From Planctomycetota bacterium (lineage in GTDB: Bacteria > Planctomycetota > UBA1135 > UBA2386), in contig OZ245838.1 of the NCBI GenBank assembly GCA_965228735.1, positions 6,528,001 to 6,592,000 on the forward strand: a stretch of DNA of 64,000 nucleotides. The letters run 5' to 3'. Below are positions 19,089 through 31,067 of this stretch, in pieces (within the stretch, counting starts at the first letter, position 1; each line of letters begins with the position of its first letter). Made by a program: the position numbers and the translations under genes. The notes beneath the pieces are model-generated. The model had not been told where the DNA came from and ran no database searches. It was given only the letters and a program-made list of their open reading frames with translations.

Positions 19089-19937
19089 TCACACGGGTTG
19101 CTCGCGGAAGCGCCCGTGCTTGAGGAAATGCAGCACCTGGACGATCGCGGCGTCGTCCTGCGCGAGTTGCGTGTGGCCGAGCAGCATGCCGACGCTGTCG
19201 GTCTGCTCCGGTAGCTGCGCTTCTTCGACTCCGACGCGGCCGTCGTCGTCGCCGGGGATCGCGGTCGACCAGCCCTCGGGCGGCGCGGTGCCGAACATGC
19301 ACCCGATGCGCGCGACGTCGAGCCGCGGCAGCTTGGCGTAGATCGGATCGCCCGGCACGAGCTGCTTCGCCGACTCGCCGCCGAACGTCTGGAAGAACCA
19401 GCTGTCCCGGTAGGTGCTCGCGAGGTGCGCGCCGCGGTGCGGTGAGCCGAGGAACACGCAGCTGCTCGCCGGGCGCGCGTCCGGCCGCGCCAGGTAATGC
19501 CGGATCACGAGGCCGCCGAGCGAGTGCCCGACGAAGTGGATCTCCGGCAGCTCGTCGTCGCGGCCGTCGAGCCGTTCGTCGATCGCGGCCTGCAGCCTCG
19601 CGCTGTGACCCTCGATGCCGTGCTCGGTGCTCGGGTACGACGTGTTGAGCACCTCGTAACCGTGCGCCTCGAGCGCCTCCTCGAGGCGCCACAACGACAG
19701 CGACGATCGCAGCATGCCGTGCTGCAGCACGACGAGCTGCGGCCGCTCGCGTTCGTTCTGCAGTTCGGCGCGCCGGTCGAATTCGTCGAACGAGCGGATC
19801 GTGTCGCGCACGTCGAACGGCGTGATCACGCAGCTCGCGCCGATCAGCAGGAGCAGCGCGATCGTGGCGCGGACCAGGCCTTGGCGGATTCGTCGCCACC
19901 GGCCGGTGGGGCGAGGGCTGTCCGGAACACCGTTCAT
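19089..19937 (-). CDS. Alpha/beta hydrolase (lipase/esterase-like)
   Basis: LQHG, GHSLGG nucleophile elbow, LGSPH.G, DDGRV, late His; N-terminal hydrophobic segment. Confidence 0.85.
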   Translation of the reverse strand: MNGVPDSPRPTGRWRRIRQGLVRATIALLLLIGASCVITPFDVRDTIRSFDEFDRRAELQNERERPQLVVLQHGMLRSSLSLWRLEEALEAHGYEVLNTSYPSTEHGIEGHSARLQAAIDERLDGRDDELPEIHFVGHSLGGLVIRHYLARPDARPASSCVFLGSPHRGAHLASTYRDSWFFQTFGGESAKQLVPGDPIYAKLPRLDVARIGCMFGTAPPEGWSTAIPGDDDGRVGVEEAQLPEQTDSVGMLLGHTQLAQDDAAIVQVLHFLKHGRFREQPV

Positions 19938-20023
19938 CCTGCCCTAGCCCCTGGGCCGCGAGACGCCGGCGCGAAAGGGTCGAAATACGCGTCGCCGCGG
20001 GCGGTCCCGCGACATGGGCGGGC

Positions 20024-22576
20024 ATGAATCGCAATCTCCACGGAGTCTTCTCGATCGCGCGCGCCCGGGTGATGCTCGCGGCGTTCGCGCTGCTCGCGGG
20101 CGTGCTGCTCGCCACGCCAGCGGCGAGTCAGGTCGTCGGCTGGGCCTGGGTCGTGCCGGCCGGCCAGGGGCAGACCTTCACCCCGCTGTCGCACTATCAG
20201 TACCTGACGAACGGCCAGACGATCACCGTGGCGCGCGGGATCGGCAACAACGAGTTCATCGTGACGTTTCCCAACGCCGCGCCGAGCGTCGGTGGCTGTG
20301 TCCACGCGAGCCCGGTGAGCGGCAACCACACGACGGTCGTGAAGAGCTGGCTCACGAGTTCTGGTGACGTCGTCGCATCGGTGCTGTTGTTCGACGCTGC
20401 CGGGCAGCCGGCGAACGACGAGCAGTTCACGATCCACTGGCGCTACGAGGGGCCGAACTCGCGCCGCGAGGCCTACTGCTGGGCCAACAATGCGACGGCC
20501 GCGGTCTACACTCCGAGCGCGGCCTACGCGTGGAACGGCAACCGCGGGGCGCCGACGATCCAGCGGCTCTCGACCGGGCGCTACCGCGTCAAGTTTCCCG
20601 GACTGTCGAACTTCCTCCCCGGCGGGGAACGCGGCCACGTGCAGGTCACGCCGCACGGCAGCGCGCCGGTGTGGGCTACCGTCGCGCAGTGGAGTCACGC
20701 CGGCAGCGACGTCAACGTGGAAGTGCGCACGTTCGACGCCCTGGGCCAGCCGACGGACAATCGCTTCGTCGTGAGCTACAACGAAGCGGCCGCGCCGCTC
20801 GCCGCCGACGACGGTTCGGGTGCGCACGTGTGGGCCCACCTCGCGACGCAGACCAACTACACGCCGTCCGCGAGCTACACGGACAGCAACGGCCGCTTCG
20901 GGCCGCCCGACGACGAGACCGTGCGTCGCATCAGCACGGGCTTCTACCGCGTCAACCTGCCCAACGTCGACCCGGGCAAGAGCTCGACTGTGCAGGTCAC
21001 GGCGTTCGGCACTTCGTCGCGCTACGCGTCGGTCGGCGGCTGGCTCGGCGACGGCTGCGGCGGCACGAACGTGGTCGTGCGCGTCCATGACCAGAGCGGC
21101 AACCTCGTCGACGGTCAGTTCAACCTGCTGTATCTCTCGAGCCGGCCAGCCAGCAAACCGTCGATCGGCTGGGCGTTCATCAACCCGGCGGGACAGGGGA
21201 CGACGTTCACGCCCGACCCGACGTACTCGTACTCGAGCGCCGGCCAGCCGATCACCGTGACGCGCGGCAACTTCGCCCACGAGTACACCATCACGTTCGA
21301 GGGCCTCGCGCCGCGTCCGGGCGGCGTGCCGATCGTGGCGCCGCTGAACGGGAGCCACGCCGTCATCGTGCGGCACATCGACACCGTGTCGACGCCCGAC
21401 GTGACGGTCTTCGTCGACACCTGGGGGCCCAACGGGTTGCCGGCACCCAACGCGCCGTTCACCATCCTCTGGCGCCAGGGCGGCGAGTCGGGCACCCGAC
21501 GCGCGTACGCGTTCTCGACGCAGCCGACGTCGCCGTCGACGCCGATGCATCCGATCTACCACTGGAACGACGGTCGCGGGGCGGTCGTGAACCGCATCTC
21601 ACAGGGCAACTACCAGGCCGTCTTCTACGGGCTCGCGCCCCAAGGTGCGGAGCGCGGCAACGTCCAGGTGTCGGCGTACGGCGCCGGCCTGAAGCGCGCC
21701 AAGGTCGTCTCGTGGGGGGCGTCCGGGCCGGACCTCGTCGTGAACGTGCAGACGCGTGACATCACCGGCGCGCTCGAGGACCACGAGTTCATCGTGAGCT
21801 ACACCGAGACGGCCGCGCCGATCCCGCGCGAGGACGGCTCGGGAGCGCACGTGTGGGCCAACTTCCCGACGCTGCAGAACTACACGCCGCACGCGGCCTA
21901 CACGGACAGCAACGGGACCCTCGGCCCGACCGGTGGCCCGAGTGGCGGCGAGGAGATCTTCAGGCTCGGCACCGGTTCGTATCAGGTGTGGTTGCCCGAC
22001 CTCAAGGGCAGCGACAGCAGCATCGCGATCGTGACCGGCCACGGCAACGACGACACGTTCGCGAGCATCGACTCGTGGTGGGCGGGTCCGAGCGGCGGCA
22101 CCGGGGTCGTCGTGCGGACGATGGACGCGGCCGGCAGCCTGACGGACGCGCGTTTCACGCTGCTCTACCTCACGGACGAGCCGGCCGTGACCGTCGCGGA
22201 GAACTCGACGTTCGGCAGCGGCTGCAACGGGCTGACCCTCGTGCCGCGCACGCGCCCGGTGCTGTGTCGCAAGTGGGAGCTGTCGCTCACGGGCGTGCCG
22301 GCGAACGCGGCGCTCGGCTTCGTGCAGGTCGACCTGGTGTCGACGCAGTTCACTCTCGGCCCCAATGCGCCGGGCTGCGTGCTGCACACGGGCGGCGCCG
22401 CGACCGTGCTGCTGCTGATGCCGCTGCCCGATCCGGCCTACAGCCTGACGATCCCGAGTGACCCGTCGTTCATCGGCCTGCCGATCTACGCCCAGGGCGG
22501 CGCGTTCGTGCCGAACGTCAACCCGTACTCGCTCGCGCTGAGCGCCCCGGTGCTGGGCACGGTCGGCGACTACTGA
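20024..22576 (+). CDS. Large secreted repeat protein
   Basis: Signal peptide (PAASQ); internal duplication GWAWVVPAGQGQTFTP / GWAFINPAGQGTTFTP, ERGHVQV / ERGNVQV, DGSGAHVWA twice, YTDSNG twice. Confidence 0.8.
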   Translation: MNRNLHGVFSIARARVMLAAFALLAGVLLATPAASQVVGWAWVVPAGQGQTFTPLSHYQYLTNGQTITVARGIGNNEFIVTFPNAAPSVGGCVHASPVSGNHTTVVKSWLTSSGDVVASVLLFDAAGQPANDEQFTIHWRYEGPNSRREAYCWANNATAAVYTPSAAYAWNGNRGAPTIQRLSTGRYRVKFPGLSNFLPGGERGHVQVTPHGSAPVWATVAQWSHAGSDVNVEVRTFDALGQPTDNRFVVSYNEAAAPLAADDGSGAHVWAHLATQTNYTPSASYTDSNGRFGPPDDETVRRISTGFYRVNLPNVDPGKSSTVQVTAFGTSSRYASVGGWLGDGCGGTNVVVRVHDQSGNLVDGQFNLLYLSSRPASKPSIGWAFINPAGQGTTFTPDPTYSYSSAGQPITVTRGNFAHEYTITFEGLAPRPGGVPIVAPLNGSHAVIVRHIDTVSTPDVTVFVDTWGPNGLPAPNAPFTILWRQGGESGTRRAYAFSTQPTSPSTPMHPIYHWNDGRGAVVNRISQGNYQAVFYGLAPQGAERGNVQVSAYGAGLKRAKVVSWGASGPDLVVNVQTRDITGALEDHEFIVSYTETAAPIPREDGSGAHVWANFPTLQNYTPHAAYTDSNGTLGPTGGPSGGEEIFRLGTGSYQVWLPDLKGSDSSIAIVTGHGNDDTFASIDSWWAGPSGGTGVVVRTMDAAGSLTDARFTLLYLTDEPAVTVAENSTFGSGCNGLTLVPRTRPVLCRKWELSLTGVPANAALGFVQVDLVSTQFTLGPNAPGCVLHTGGAATVLLLMPLPDPAYSLTIPSDPSFIGLPIYAQGGAFVPNVNPYSLALSAPVLGTVGDY

Positions 22577-23176
22577 TGGCGGTACCGAACCCTTGCGCCA
22601 GGCGAAGCCTGGACGGGAGAAATCATGACCTGACAGGAATGAGAACCCCGTATTGGAGTCCCGCGGGTGACGAAACCCGCCCGGCGAAGGCTAGCCACCA
22701 GCCGGAAGCGAGTCTTGCGTGGCGACCGGGTAACCGCCGCTGCGAAGCGTAGACAGCGAGGATGTGGGCGGCGCGACTGAGCCCCGAAAGTACCGACAGC
22801 GAGAGAGCCGACGTGGTGGGTTCATCGGAAGGCAACATGGAAGGGCCGCAACCGGCTTGGCCCGGAAGTCTCTCCGGGGTCCTGAGAACGACCGCACGCA
22901 TCCATCGGACTCCCCAGGAACCTGGGATCCCCTCGATTGGTCCGATCGTCAACTCCGGCTGGGGCCCGGAAACCAACTCTCCAGGGCCGCGACGTCGTGT
23001 CCGCGTCGGTGCCGTCAAGGAATCCGGACACACGGCCGGTACCGCCGAGCGAAGGAAACGAAGCGACGCGGGACGCCAACGAGGGAGTCGGAGTGCGTCA
23101 TAGTACCAAAGAGTCCGGGGAACCCGCCCCACGGGGACCCGGCGGAGGGAAGGGCGTCACCGGCGACAAGGAACCG

Positions 23177-25757
<2,581 letters not shown>

Positions 25758-25992
25758 CGCTACATCCTCTCACGTCTGGGAGCCTCCGAGAAACCCGGGG
25801 CGGTTCACCCTTGTCGCTGACGAGCCGGATGCGTTAGCCGCGCACGTCCGGATCTGTGGGAGCCCTGGGGGGAGACCCCCAGGGCCACCCGGCGTTTCGA
25901 ATCCGCCACCGCGCCGCCAGCGCAACCCCGCTTCCAAGCCGCGTTGCCGCCGAGTTGCCGGTGGCGGATTCGAAACGGGTTCGGTACCGCCA

Positions 25993-27726
25993 TCACTGCA
26001 GGCGGAGATCGACGGCGTTGCTGACGTGGGTGACGATTCCCTGGCGCAGCGCGATCGCGACGGGGTGCAGCGTGATCCCGGCGAAGCCCGGGGGCAGCGG
26101 CGGGACCGCGATCGTGCAGCGGCCCGTGCCGCTGCCGTCGAGGATGCCGGCACCCTGTCGCATCGTGCCCGGCAGGCCGCCGGTCACGGTCAGCAGGAAG
26201 AGCGGGTCGACGGTCACGGGCAGGGTGATGCCCGCCGCGGTGATGCCGTGCGTCGTCGTGGCCGTGGCGAGGCCGAACGCGTAGCTCGCGCCCGCCGAGT
26301 CCGGCCCGAGGCGGAACGTGAGCTGCTGGCGGCCGCCGCTCGTGACGGGCACGCTCGCGATGTCGCTCGTGAGTGTGGTGGCGTTCGCGAGCGCGCCCGG
26401 ATCGACGGGGAGGGGGCGCGGTGTTCCCAGCTGGTCGAACGGCAGCGCGAACGCCGGATCGCCGCGGTTGTCGATCGCGTGGCCGGCGCGCGGGCGCGCG
26501 TCCGCGGCGAACGTCACGAGGTCGACGTTCTCGAGATCGCCGAGGCCCTGGCCGAACTGATACGCGTCCGCGGTGTGCACGGGATTGCTCGCGCCGAAGA
26601 TGACGTTGCCGCTCGCAACGACGCCCTGGTCACCGATCCCGAACCACACGGCGTAGTCGGTCAGCGAGTAGAGCACGTTGTTGCAGAGCACCATGCCCGG
26701 CCGATTGCCCCAGCGCGCGAGCGTCGCCGCGCGCCCGACGCTGACGAACGTGTTGTGCACGAGCTGCAGCCGCTGGCTCGTGCCCTGATGGTCGTGGCTC
26801 TGGAACGCGGCGCTGCCGCCGAGCGCGATGTTGTTGAGCACGAGCGCGTCGCCCTGCACCTGCAGCACGGCGTCGTCGCTGTCGTAGCACAGGTTGGCCG
26901 ACACCACGTTCTCGTCCACGCCGCCCGTGCCGTAGACGAGGATGCACGGGTTCTGGCAGTCGTGCACCCGGTTGTTGTGGATCCAGTTGCGCGTCGAACC
27001 CGGCTTGACCTCGATGCCGTCGCCCTGCCCGGCACTCGCGGAGCGCGTGCCGTGCACGTGATTGAACGCGATCACCGAGTCGGTCACGACGAGGCTGCCG
27101 GAGGTGCCGCCGAGGTAGATGCCTTCGTTGGGCGTGCCCGGCCCCGGCCGCGTGATCTCGTTCCGCGTCAGGTACAGGTGACTGCACGAGATCGTCTGCA
27201 CGGCGATGCCGAGGCCGTTGCCGTCGTGCAGATAGCAGCCGTCGATCCAGGTGAACGAACCGTCGTAGATCCGGATCAGGTCGCTGCCGCCCGTGAACTC
27301 GAGGTTCTGCAGCACGAGATAGCGTGAGCGGCCGTTGCTCCCGATGTTGAGGCAGTTCTGGCTCGCGCTCGGGCGCGTGATCACCGGCCGGTCGTTCGGA
27401 TCGGCGGCGACGATCCGCACGGGCTGATTCGCGGAGCCCTGGATCGACAGGTCGAAGCGGTTGCTCACCGACCACGTGCCCGGACCGAGCTCGAGCGTCG
27501 TGCCGGGCGCCAGGTTCTCGGCGAGCTGCTCGAACGCCGCGCCGTTGCCGAGCGGGCCGAGGCTCGGTTGATACGCGAGCTGGATCACGGTTCCGGCCGC
27601 GCTCTGGCCCCAGGCCGGGAACGGGCTGCTCGGCAACCAGGCCGGGAGAGCGACCTGTGCCGCGACGGGGGCGCAGAGCACGCCGAGGAGGGGCAGGGCG
27701 GCGAGCAGACGCGGGTTCTTGGCCAC
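25993..27726 (-). CDS. Secreted right-handed parallel beta-helix protein
   Basis: Signal peptide (PVAAQ); PG.TL.L.PGT, EGIYLG, GDGIEVK, repeated N-x-x-H/Y-D beta-helix turns. Confidence 0.75.
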   Translation of the reverse strand: MAKNPRLLAALPLLGVLCAPVAAQVALPAWLPSSPFPAWGQSAAGTVIQLAYQPSLGPLGNGAAFEQLAENLAPGTTLELGPGTWSVSNRFDLSIQGSANQPVRIVAADPNDRPVITRPSASQNCLNIGSNGRSRYLVLQNLEFTGGSDLIRIYDGSFTWIDGCYLHDGNGLGIAVQTISCSHLYLTRNEITRPGPGTPNEGIYLGGTSGSLVVTDSVIAFNHVHGTRSASAGQGDGIEVKPGSTRNWIHNNRVHDCQNPCILVYGTGGVDENVVSANLCYDSDDAVLQVQGDALVLNNIALGGSAAFQSHDHQGTSQRLQLVHNTFVSVGRAATLARWGNRPGMVLCNNVLYSLTDYAVWFGIGDQGVVASGNVIFGASNPVHTADAYQFGQGLGDLENVDLVTFAADARPRAGHAIDNRGDPAFALPFDQLGTPRPLPVDPGALANATTLTSDIASVPVTSGGRQQLTFRLGPDSAGASYAFGLATATTTHGITAAGITLPVTVDPLFLLTVTGGLPGTMRQGAGILDGSGTGRCTIAVPPLPPGFAGITLHPVAIALRQGIVTHVSNAVDLRLQ

Positions 27727-27827
27727 GGGACGCGCTACGCGGGCGAGCGGGCCGGCGGGCACCGAAATCCGGTTCCGCCGGGCCGGTGGGCGGCCGCGGG
27801 CCGTTTCGGGTCCGGGGATCGTTGCGC

Positions 27828-27855
27828 TTGACACCCGGACCGCCCCGGCTACTCT
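27828..27855 (+). promoter_or_regulatory. Putative sigma70 promoter of rplU-rpmA
   Basis: TTGACA-N16-TACTCT. Confidence 0.6.
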
Positions 27856-27930
27856 CCCTCGCCCGTTTTTCCGCGCCGGCCCCTGGGCCGTGCGGACCGA
27901 ACCCACGCCATCCCCGCCGCGACTATCGCA

Positions 27931-28245
27931 ATGTACGCCGTCATCGACGATCGCAACCAGCAGTACCGGGTCCAGCCCGGTGACCGCATCCGGATCCACT
28001 ATCGCAGCGATGCCGAAGAGGGCGCGAGCGTGACCTTCGACAAGGTCTGCTGCGTCGGCGGCGAGGGCGACGGCAAGGTCGGAACCCCGCACGTCGACGG
28101 CGCTTCGGTCGCCGGCAAGGTCGTGCGCCAGTGCAAGGGACCCAAGATCTACATCGGCAAGTTCCGCCGGCGCAAGGACAGCAAGAAGCGCACGGGTTTC
28201 CGCGCGAAGTACACCGAGGTCCAGATCGAGGCGATCAACGCCTGA
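27931..28245 (+). CDS. rplU: 50S ribosomal protein L21
   Basis: MYAVI..QYRVQPGD, KVGTP, FRRRK..GFR..YT. Confidence 0.95.
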   Translation: MYAVIDDRNQQYRVQPGDRIRIHYRSDAEEGASVTFDKVCCVGGEGDGKVGTPHVDGASVAGKVVRQCKGPKIYIGKFRRRKDSKKRTGFRAKYTEVQIEAINA

Positions 28246-28259
28246 GGCGGTAACCAACC

Positions 28260-28511
28260 ATGGCACACAAGAAGGGACAGGGCTCGACGAGCAACGGCCG
28301 CGACAGCAACGCGCAGTACCGCGGCATCAAGGCCTACGGTGGTGAGCGCGTGAAGGCCGGCTCGATCATCGTTCGGCAGTGCGGCACCAAGTTCCACCCG
28401 GGTCGCCACGTGCGGCGCGCCAAGGATGACACGCTGTTCGCGGTCGCCGAAGGCGTCGTTCGCTTCCAGAGCAACGGCCGCGTCCACATCGACGCGCCGG
28501 CCGCGAACTGA
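28260..28511 (+). CDS. rpmA: 50S ribosomal protein L27
   Basis: [33 protein letters not shown]. Confidence 0.97.
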   Translation: MAHKKGQGSTSNGRDSNAQYRGIKAYGGERVKAGSIIVRQCGTKFHPGRHVRRAKDDTLFAVAEGVVRFQSNGRVHIDAPAAN

Positions 28512-28596
28512 CGCCTGGCTGATACGCAAACGGACGCCCGGCTGACGGAGGCGAGTCGGTCTCGTCGCTGGGCTCGTCGTCGCTGAGGGCTGCGCC

Positions 28597-29649
28597 ATGT
28601 TCGTCGACGAACTCGAAGTCACGCTCCGCGCCGGGAAGGGCGGCGATGGCTGCGTCTCGTTCTTGCGCGACAAGAACACGCTCAAGGGCGGGCCCGATGG
28701 CGGTGACGGCGGCAAGGGCGGCGATGTCGTGCTGCTGCCGACGACGCACAAGAACACGCTCTACCACCTGACGGGGCAGCGCGTTCTCGGCGCGAAGAAC
28801 GGCGTGCAGGGCGGGCCGTCCGATTGCTACGGCAAGGCCGGCGACGACCTCGTGATCGAGGTGCCCGTCGGCACGGTGGTGCTCGACGCGGAGCGCGGCC
28901 ACGTGCTGCGCGACCTCAAGCAGGCGGATGAGCCGTGGGTCGTCGTTCGTGGCGGTCACGGTGGCCGGGGCAATACCCGCTTCAAGAGCGCGACCAACCG
29001 GACGCCGCGGCAGTACGAGCGCGGCAAGCCCGGCGAAGAGCGCTACGTCCGCTTCTCGCTCAAGCTCATCGCCGACGTCGGGCTGCTCGGGTTGCCCAAC
29101 GCGGGCAAGTCGACGCTGGTCTCGGCGATCACGAAGGCGCGGCCGAAGATCGCGTCGTATCCGTTCACGACGCTCGAGCCGATGCTCGGCATCGCGCAGG
29201 GGGCGGGCGACACGACGTTCGTCGTCGCGGACATCCCGGGGCTCATCGAGGGCGCGAGCGCCGGCAAGGGGCTCGGCGACAAGTTCCTCAAGCACATCGA
29301 CCGGACCCGGCTGCTGCTGCACCTCATCGATTGCAGCGACCTGCCGCACGACGAACCGGCCGAGGCGTGGCGCGTCGTGCGCCAGGAGCTCGCGGGGCAC
29401 TCCAAGGACCTGGCCGCGCGCCCGAGCATCGTCGTGGCGACCAAGATCGAGGACGACGCCGCGCGGCAGCGGGCGCAGGCGCTCGCGACGGCCATCAAGC
29501 AACCCGTGCTGCCGATCTCGAGCGCGACGGGTCAGGGGTTGCCGGAGTTGCTGCGGGCGATCACGGTGACGCTGGCGCAGCTCGAGCCGGATGCCGGTGC
29601 GGTTGCCGATGGTGGGGCGGCCGCCGGCGGGGCCGTCGACGGCGGCTGA
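28597..29649 (+). CDS. obgE: GTPase ObgE
   Basis: MFVD, GGPDGGDGG.GG, DVGLLGLPNAGKSTL, YPFTT, DIPGLIEGA. Confidence 0.97.
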   Translation: MFVDELEVTLRAGKGGDGCVSFLRDKNTLKGGPDGGDGGKGGDVVLLPTTHKNTLYHLTGQRVLGAKNGVQGGPSDCYGKAGDDLVIEVPVGTVVLDAERGHVLRDLKQADEPWVVVRGGHGGRGNTRFKSATNRTPRQYERGKPGEERYVRFSLKLIADVGLLGLPNAGKSTLVSAITKARPKIASYPFTTLEPMLGIAQGAGDTTFVVADIPGLIEGASAGKGLGDKFLKHIDRTRLLLHLIDCSDLPHDEPAEAWRVVRQELAGHSKDLAARPSIVVATKIEDDAARQRAQALATAIKQPVLPISSATGQGLPELLRAITVTLAQLEPDAGAVADGGAAAGGAVDGG

Positions 29650-29781
29650 TCAGCAGATCACGCGCCGCGCGATCGCCCGATGCCGTGGGCGGTTCGGCAC
29701 CCCGTGCCCGAGCCTGCGACGACCCGCTCCGGTCCACGCCGAGGAATGCCGATACCAGCGTGAACTCCGGAGGGAACCGCA

Positions 29782-30927
29782 TTGAGCACGCAAGGCAAGA
29801 ATCCGACGTCGACCACCTCTCGCCTGCCCAAGCTGCGCGATTTCCTGCGCATCATGGTCAAGGAGAACGCGTCGGACCTCGTCCTCAAGACGCACGGCTG
29901 CCCGGCCGTTCGCGTCGCGGGCGTCATCCGCTTCCTCGGCGACCAGCCGCTGCCGCCGGAGCTCATGCGCGCGTTCGCCGACGAGGTGCTGACGAGCGAG
30001 CACAACCGCGAGGAGTTCGAGCGCACGGGCGCGAGCGACACCGCGGTCGTCGTGCCGGGCGTCGGGCGCTTCCGCTGCAACGCGTTCCACCAGTGCGGCG
30101 AGATCGGCTTCGTCCTGCGCGCGATCAAGAACGAGATTCCGTCGTTCAAGGACCTCAACCTGCCGGTCGACCCGCTGAAGCGGCTGTCGTCGCTCAAGCG
30201 CGGCCTCGTGCTCGCCACGGGCGTCGCGGGCTCCGGCAAGTCGACGACGCTGGCCTCGATGCTCGAGTTCGTCAACCGGACGATGAACAAGCACATCATC
30301 ACGATCGAGGACCCGATCGAGTTCCGGTTCGAGGACAAGCGCTCGATCGTGAACCAGCGCGAGATCGGTCCCGACGTGCAGAGCTTCGGCCAGGCGCTGC
30401 GCCAGGCCATGCGTCAGTCGCCGGACGTCATCCTCATCGGTGAGATGCGCGACGCCGAGACCGTCGCCGCGGCGATCTCCGCGGCCGAGACGGGCCACCT
30501 CGTGTTCTCGACGCTGCACACGGTCAACGCCGTACAAACCGTCGAACGCATCATCTCGTTCTTCCCGCCGCACCAGCACGAGCTCGTGCGTCTGCAGCTC
30601 GCGCTCAACCTCGCGGGCGTCTGCTCGCTGCGTCTCGTGAAGAACAAGGACGGCACGTCGATGGTGCCGGCCGTCGAGATGCTGATCAACACGCCGACCG
30701 TGCGCGAACTGCTCGAACAGGGCAGCACCCGCATGCTGCCGAAGGCGCTGCAGGAAGGCAGCTACTACGGCACGATGACGTTCAACCAGTCGCTGATCCG
30801 TCTGTTCCAGGCCGGCAACATCAGCCTCGAGGACGCGCTGAGCTCGTCGGACAACCCCGACGAACTCAAGATGCAGATGCGCGGCATCACGCAGGGCGGC
30901 GGCGGCCAGATGCGCCAGCCCGTCTGA
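29782..30927 (+). CDS. PilT/PilU-family type IV pilus ATPase
   Basis: ASDL, GRFR.N, G..GSGKSTTLA, ITIEDPIEF, RQSPDVILIGEMRD, AETGHLVFSTLHT. Confidence 0.92.
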   Translation: MSTQGKNPTSTTSRLPKLRDFLRIMVKENASDLVLKTHGCPAVRVAGVIRFLGDQPLPPELMRAFADEVLTSEHNREEFERTGASDTAVVVPGVGRFRCNAFHQCGEIGFVLRAIKNEIPSFKDLNLPVDPLKRLSSLKRGLVLATGVAGSGKSTTLASMLEFVNRTMNKHIITIEDPIEFRFEDKRSIVNQREIGPDVQSFGQALRQAMRQSPDVILIGEMRDAETVAAAISAAETGHLVFSTLHTVNAVQTVERIISFFPPHQHELVRLQLALNLAGVCSLRLVKNKDGTSMVPAVEMLINTPTVRELLEQGSTRMLPKALQEGSYYGTMTFNQSLIRLFQAGNISLEDALSSSDNPDELKMQMRGITQGGGGQMRQPV

Positions 30928-31029
30928 CCCGTACGGAACCTGGTTCAAACCGCAAGGCTGCCACGCGAGAGCCGCCTTCGGCGGCGCTCGCGTGGCAGCC
31001 TTGCGGTTTGAACCAGGTTCCGTACGGGT
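30927..31029. repeat. 103-bp near-perfect hairpin (REPIN-like)
   Basis: 43-bp arms 30927-30969 and 30987-31029 are exact reverse complements; inner GCCGCC-TTC-GGCGGC stem. Confidence 0.92.
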
Positions 31030-31067
31030 AGCGACTGGCAGGGCCGGCGGCTAACGTCGCTCACGCC

